Shown here piece after piece: positions 29,304 to 32,000 of a stretch of DNA of 32,000 bases. The notes under the pieces were generated by a model that was given only the letters and a program-made list of their open reading frames with translations, did not search any database and was not told the DNA's origin. The first letter of the stretch is position 1. Every line of letters begins with the position of its first letter. The DNA is taken from contig NZ_AP024987.1 of NCBI RefSeq assembly GCF_020885515.1, forward strand, positions 900,001-932,000, given 5' to 3'. The stretch is from a cyanobacterium endosymbiont of Braarudosphaera bigelowii. GTDB lineage: Bacteria > Cyanobacteriota > Cyanobacteriia > Cyanobacteriales > Microcystaceae. The translations under genes were made by a program, and so were the position numbers.

Positions 29304-30080
29304 ATGGTATTTTTTAATTATCTTAAATTACTGATTATTATTTTTGGCTTATTCATACCAAAAATATCTACACTATGCGCACAAGATAATGATTTTATCA
29401 ATTTTTTGTCTTTGCCTCAGACACATCCTTTACCAATTACCCTAAAACAAGTCAATGATCAGTCATATTCAAATAATTATTTGAATATTATTAAAAGTGA
29501 TCTTATAGGGTATCTCGTGTGGTCTAGATTCCCTGTAAAAGTCTACATAGACAAAATTAATTACTCAAATATTGATCAAATATCTACTGAACAACTAAGA
29601 ATCAATCAATGGTTCAGTATTGTCAAGAAGGCTATTTTTGAGTGGAGTTTTTACTTACCTATAGTAGAAACTTCTAATATCGAGCTTGCAGAAATTATTA
29701 TTTCAAGAACGGAACCACCATTAATGATCAAAAACCTTTTAAGGAAAGAACACTTACAAATAATAAAAGCGAAAACTGCACAAACTAGTTATAAATTTTA
29801 TATCCATAATGACATATTGCTTCATAGTATGATGATAAATATTAGTTCAAATTTAGGAGAAATTTCTACTTTGTCTGCAGCACGACATGAACTAGGACAC
29901 GGGCTAGGTATTTGGGGACATAGTATGGACAAAGGTGATGTTCTTTACTATTCTTCAACTAATTTACTTACTCCTATATCTTCAAAAGATATTAATACAT
30001 TAAAACAAATATACAAGCAACCCACTCGTTTAGGATGGAAAGTATTTAATAATAAGAAGTTAAGCATAGGAGAACTGTAA
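29304..30080 (+). CDS. Secreted metzincin-like (matrixin-type) zinc metallopeptidase domain protein
   Basis: 258-aa ORF with a hydrophobic N-terminal signal-like segment. The extended zinc motif HELGHGLGIWGH (HExxHxxGxxH) lies at nt 29886-29921. The remainder of the sequence is divergent. Confidence 0.6.
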   Translation: MVFFNYLKLLIIIFGLFIPKISTLCAQDNDFINFLSLPQTHPLPITLKQVNDQSYSNNYLNIIKSDLIGYLVWSRFPVKVYIDKINYSNIDQISTEQLRINQWFSIVKKAIFEWSFYLPIVETSNIELAEIIISRTEPPLMIKNLLRKEHLQIIKAKTAQTSYKFYIHNDILLHSMMINISSNLGEISTLSAARHELGHGLGIWGHSMDKGDVLYYSSTNLLTPISSKDINTLKQIYKQPTRLGWKVFNNKKLSIGEL

Positions 30081-30410
30081 AGTATATAAGTTCTTATTAT
30101 CCTCAGAAAAATTTTATATACTATAGGTAGTACATAATCTATAGCAATATGATTACTCAATAAACATACTAGATTTTTAAATAATATTTCTCTATATTAG
30201 ATTTAGAAGTTTTCTAAAAATTAATATTTAAATACAATATTGAGTTAACGAGATTTTTTTCTGGAGTAATTAATCTTTACTCATAATTGACAAAGCGGTT
30301 AAGCTATAGATTTAATTTGGTGTATTGATACTATCAAGTTTCTTTAAGTTTGAAATTATATATTTATAATAATTTTTAATATCTACTATTACATAATTTC
30401 AATAGTAACT

Positions 30411-31334
30411 TTAATCGCAGCAACTTAATTCCCATAGCGATTCTGCTTTTGATTGAGTATATTCTTTTTTTATTTTTTGATAGTTCTTTTCTATTTCATT
30501 CAGTTTCTCAACTTGTTGATTTATTTTTTTTCTCTGAAAACTTAATTGAGAATCATTAAACTCAATATCAGATAATTTGAGATAAAGTGTAGATATTTTT
30601 ATATTAGAAGGTTCTCTACTATCTTTCCCATCTAAATCTAATGTTTTATTATTTACATTTTCTTCTACTTGTAAGTTAAGGATATTAGGATAACTTTCTG
30701 GTAAAAATCTCTTTTCTTCTACTTGCGATGTTACTTCAAGTAAATGAGATGGTAAATGATTAGAGATGATTTTATTTTTTTTCAATTTATTGTTAACTTC
30801 TTGAGAGAGGCTATTCAAAGTTATTTGAATTCCTTGTTCAATATCTCCACACCACTTAACTAAATCTTCAGGATTTATAGTTTCAGGTACATCGTACTTA
30901 TCTAATTTGTTTGCAAAAAATAGCTTTTTTTTCTCATTTTTGAGGTGCTTCATATTATTTTTTTTGTACGGGAATAGATTTTTTGATATATATCTAATAA
31001 CCATTTTTGAAGTTATAGGTTGTGGAAAAGTCACATATGATAACAATTCGGATTCAGATTTATTACACAGTTCTCTAATTTTCTCTTGCATCTCTCTTCT
31101 TTGATCATTAGATAATCTTAAAAATGATTCAGGGTAGATATGGGTGCAAATTTGATAAACTGCTAATATTAATTGTTTATTTAATGCAGAACCTAACAAC
31201 TTTAAGTAATCTCTATAAATGTTATTCAATTCAGTAAAAAGCTTTATTGACTTTTTTTCTAATTCTTTTTTTTCCTTATTAATTTTTTGGAAAGATCTCA
31301 TAATATACTGAACATTGCAAATAAATTTAAACAT
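30411..31334 (-). CDS. Hypothetical K/E/N-rich protein, probably coiled-coil; start uncertain
   Basis: 307-aa ORF with no motif I recognise. The N- and C-termini are heptad-like and charged. The ATG at 31334 abuts the tsf terminator U-tract, so the ATG at 31301 (MRSFQKINKEKK...) is a more credible start. Confidence 0.5.
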   Translation of the reverse strand: MFKFICNVQYIMRSFQKINKEKKELEKKSIKLFTELNNIYRDYLKLLGSALNKQLILAVYQICTHIYPESFLRLSNDQRREMQEKIRELCNKSESELLSYVTFPQPITSKMVIRYISKNLFPYKKNNMKHLKNEKKKLFFANKLDKYDVPETINPEDLVKWCGDIEQGIQITLNSLSQEVNNKLKKNKIISNHLPSHLLEVTSQVEEKRFLPESYPNILNLQVEENVNNKTLDLDGKDSREPSNIKISTLYLKLSDIEFNDSQLSFQRKKINQQVEKLNEIEKNYQKIKKEYTQSKAESLWELSCCD

Positions 31335-31374
31335 AAAAAAGACAAAAGTTAGAAATATTTTCCTACTTTTGTCT
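31335..31374 (-). terminator. Rho-independent terminator of tsf
   Basis: On the minus strand, AGACAAAAGT-(15-nt loop)-ACTTTTGTCT forms a 10-bp perfect stem followed by five U residues (31339-31335; the preceding T at 31340 closes the stem, so the run reads TTTTTT). It lies about 100 nt after the tsf stop. Confidence 0.7.
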
Positions 31375-31472
31375 CATTATTAGACAATCATCTTTTAAAG
31401 AATCTACTTTCTTTTTACTTTTCTTTGTAAATATCAAGTTTTTGCTTAAATAAAAGTTATTCTTAGGATAAC

Positions 31473-32000
31473 TTACCCTATACTTTGCCCTGTTTGCGCA
31501 GCAACTTCAGCAGCAAAGTTAGTTTCACGTTTTTCAATTCCTTCTCCTAAAATAAAACGAGTAAAACGACGAACTTGAATGTTTTCTCCAAGCTGTGAAA
31601 TATTGCGTTTCAATAATTCTTCAACTGTAATATTAGAATCTTTAATAAAAGGTTGATCTAGTAAAGAAAGCTCTTTTTTACGCTTCTCGATACGCCCTTG
31701 GACTATCTTCTCTTTGATATTTTCAGGTTTATTTCCTAAATCATCTCTTCCCATCTCAATTTCTTTTTCTTTATCGACAATTGTTTTAGGAATATTATCC
31801 TGATTAACATACTCAACATTAGGGCAAGCAGCTATTTGCATAGCAATATTTTGAGCTAATTCTTTAAACTCGTCTCTACGTGCGACAAAATCTGTTTCGC
31901 AATTAACCTCTACAAGAACTCCTATACGACCTCCTGTGTGTATATAACTATGAACTAAACCTTCTGCTGTTTGTCTACCTGATTTCTTCTCAGCAGAAGT
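31473..32000 (-). CDS. tsf: Elongation factor Ts (C-terminal 175 codons; the N-terminus lies beyond the window edge)
   Basis: The frame stays open to nt 32000. My translation is [60 protein letters not shown]..., which is the canonical EF-Ts core. The ORF track lists it only from an internal Met. Confidence 0.93.
   Translation of the reverse strand, partial: TSAEKKSGRQTAEGLVHSYIHTGGRIGVLVEVNCETDFVARRDEFKELAQNIAMQIAACPNVEYVNQDNIPKTIVDKEKEIEMGRDDLGNKPENIKEKIVQGRIEKRKKELSLLDQPFIKDSNITVEELLKRNISQLGENIQVRRFTRFILGEGIEKRETNFAAEVAAQTGQSIG

Noticed and set aside
29948-30160. A 70-aa minus-strand ORF overlapping the 3' end of the metzincin-like gene
   Set aside because: It overlaps a better-supported CDS in antisense and extends into AT-rich spacer. 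It has no motif and no ribosome-binding site.
1-32000. CRISPR arrays, transposons or IS elements, integrases, prophage genes, toxin-antitoxin pairs or defence islands
   Set aside because: I saw no regularly spaced direct repeats, no terminal inverted repeats flanking ORFs, and no recombinase, nuclease or ATPase defence-type ORFs. Every large ORF is accounted for by housekeeping or conserved hypothetical functions.

Overview
This is an AT-rich window (roughly 30% GC by eye) that is about 80% coding. The gene content is clearly cyanobacterial housekeeping: ndhB, a type-2 NADH dehydrogenase, a SigG-like ECF sigma factor with its anti-sigma partner, a type II peroxiredoxin, a CbiG-CobJ fusion, a DUF2808-like protein and a DUF721/DciA-like protein. 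Universal genes are also present: gcvP, pnp, apt, mnmA, dapF, tldD, tsf, a cysteine desulfurase and tRNA-His. The low GC, long featureless spacers, near-absence of the HIP1 octamer and a homopolymer-frameshifted gene suggest a genome-reduced cyanobacterium, such as a UCYN-A-like or diatom spheroid-body-like endosymbiont. I cannot confirm that assignment without a database search. I found no CRISPR array, transposase, integrase, phage gene, toxin-antitoxin pair or recognisable defence operon, and I do not see a convincing novel multi-gene system. The items most worth a second look are as follows. (1) An Sfp/HetI-type phosphopantetheinyl transferase is split by a +1 frameshift inside an A10 tract. 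(2) A 597-aa membrane-anchored protein is built from about 10 degenerate Trp-terminated repeats. (3) An unlisted 42-codon single-pass membrane ORF is followed by tandem terminator hairpins. (4) Strong intrinsic terminators (a 48-bp perfect palindrome after pnp and a hairpin plus U-tract after tsf) sit within 0-12 nt of the maximal-ORF start codon of the next co-oriented gene. (5) Several lineage-restricted ORFs have unknown function. Several starts in the supplied ORF track are GTG or TTG maximal-ORF starts, so the true starts may lie further downstream.
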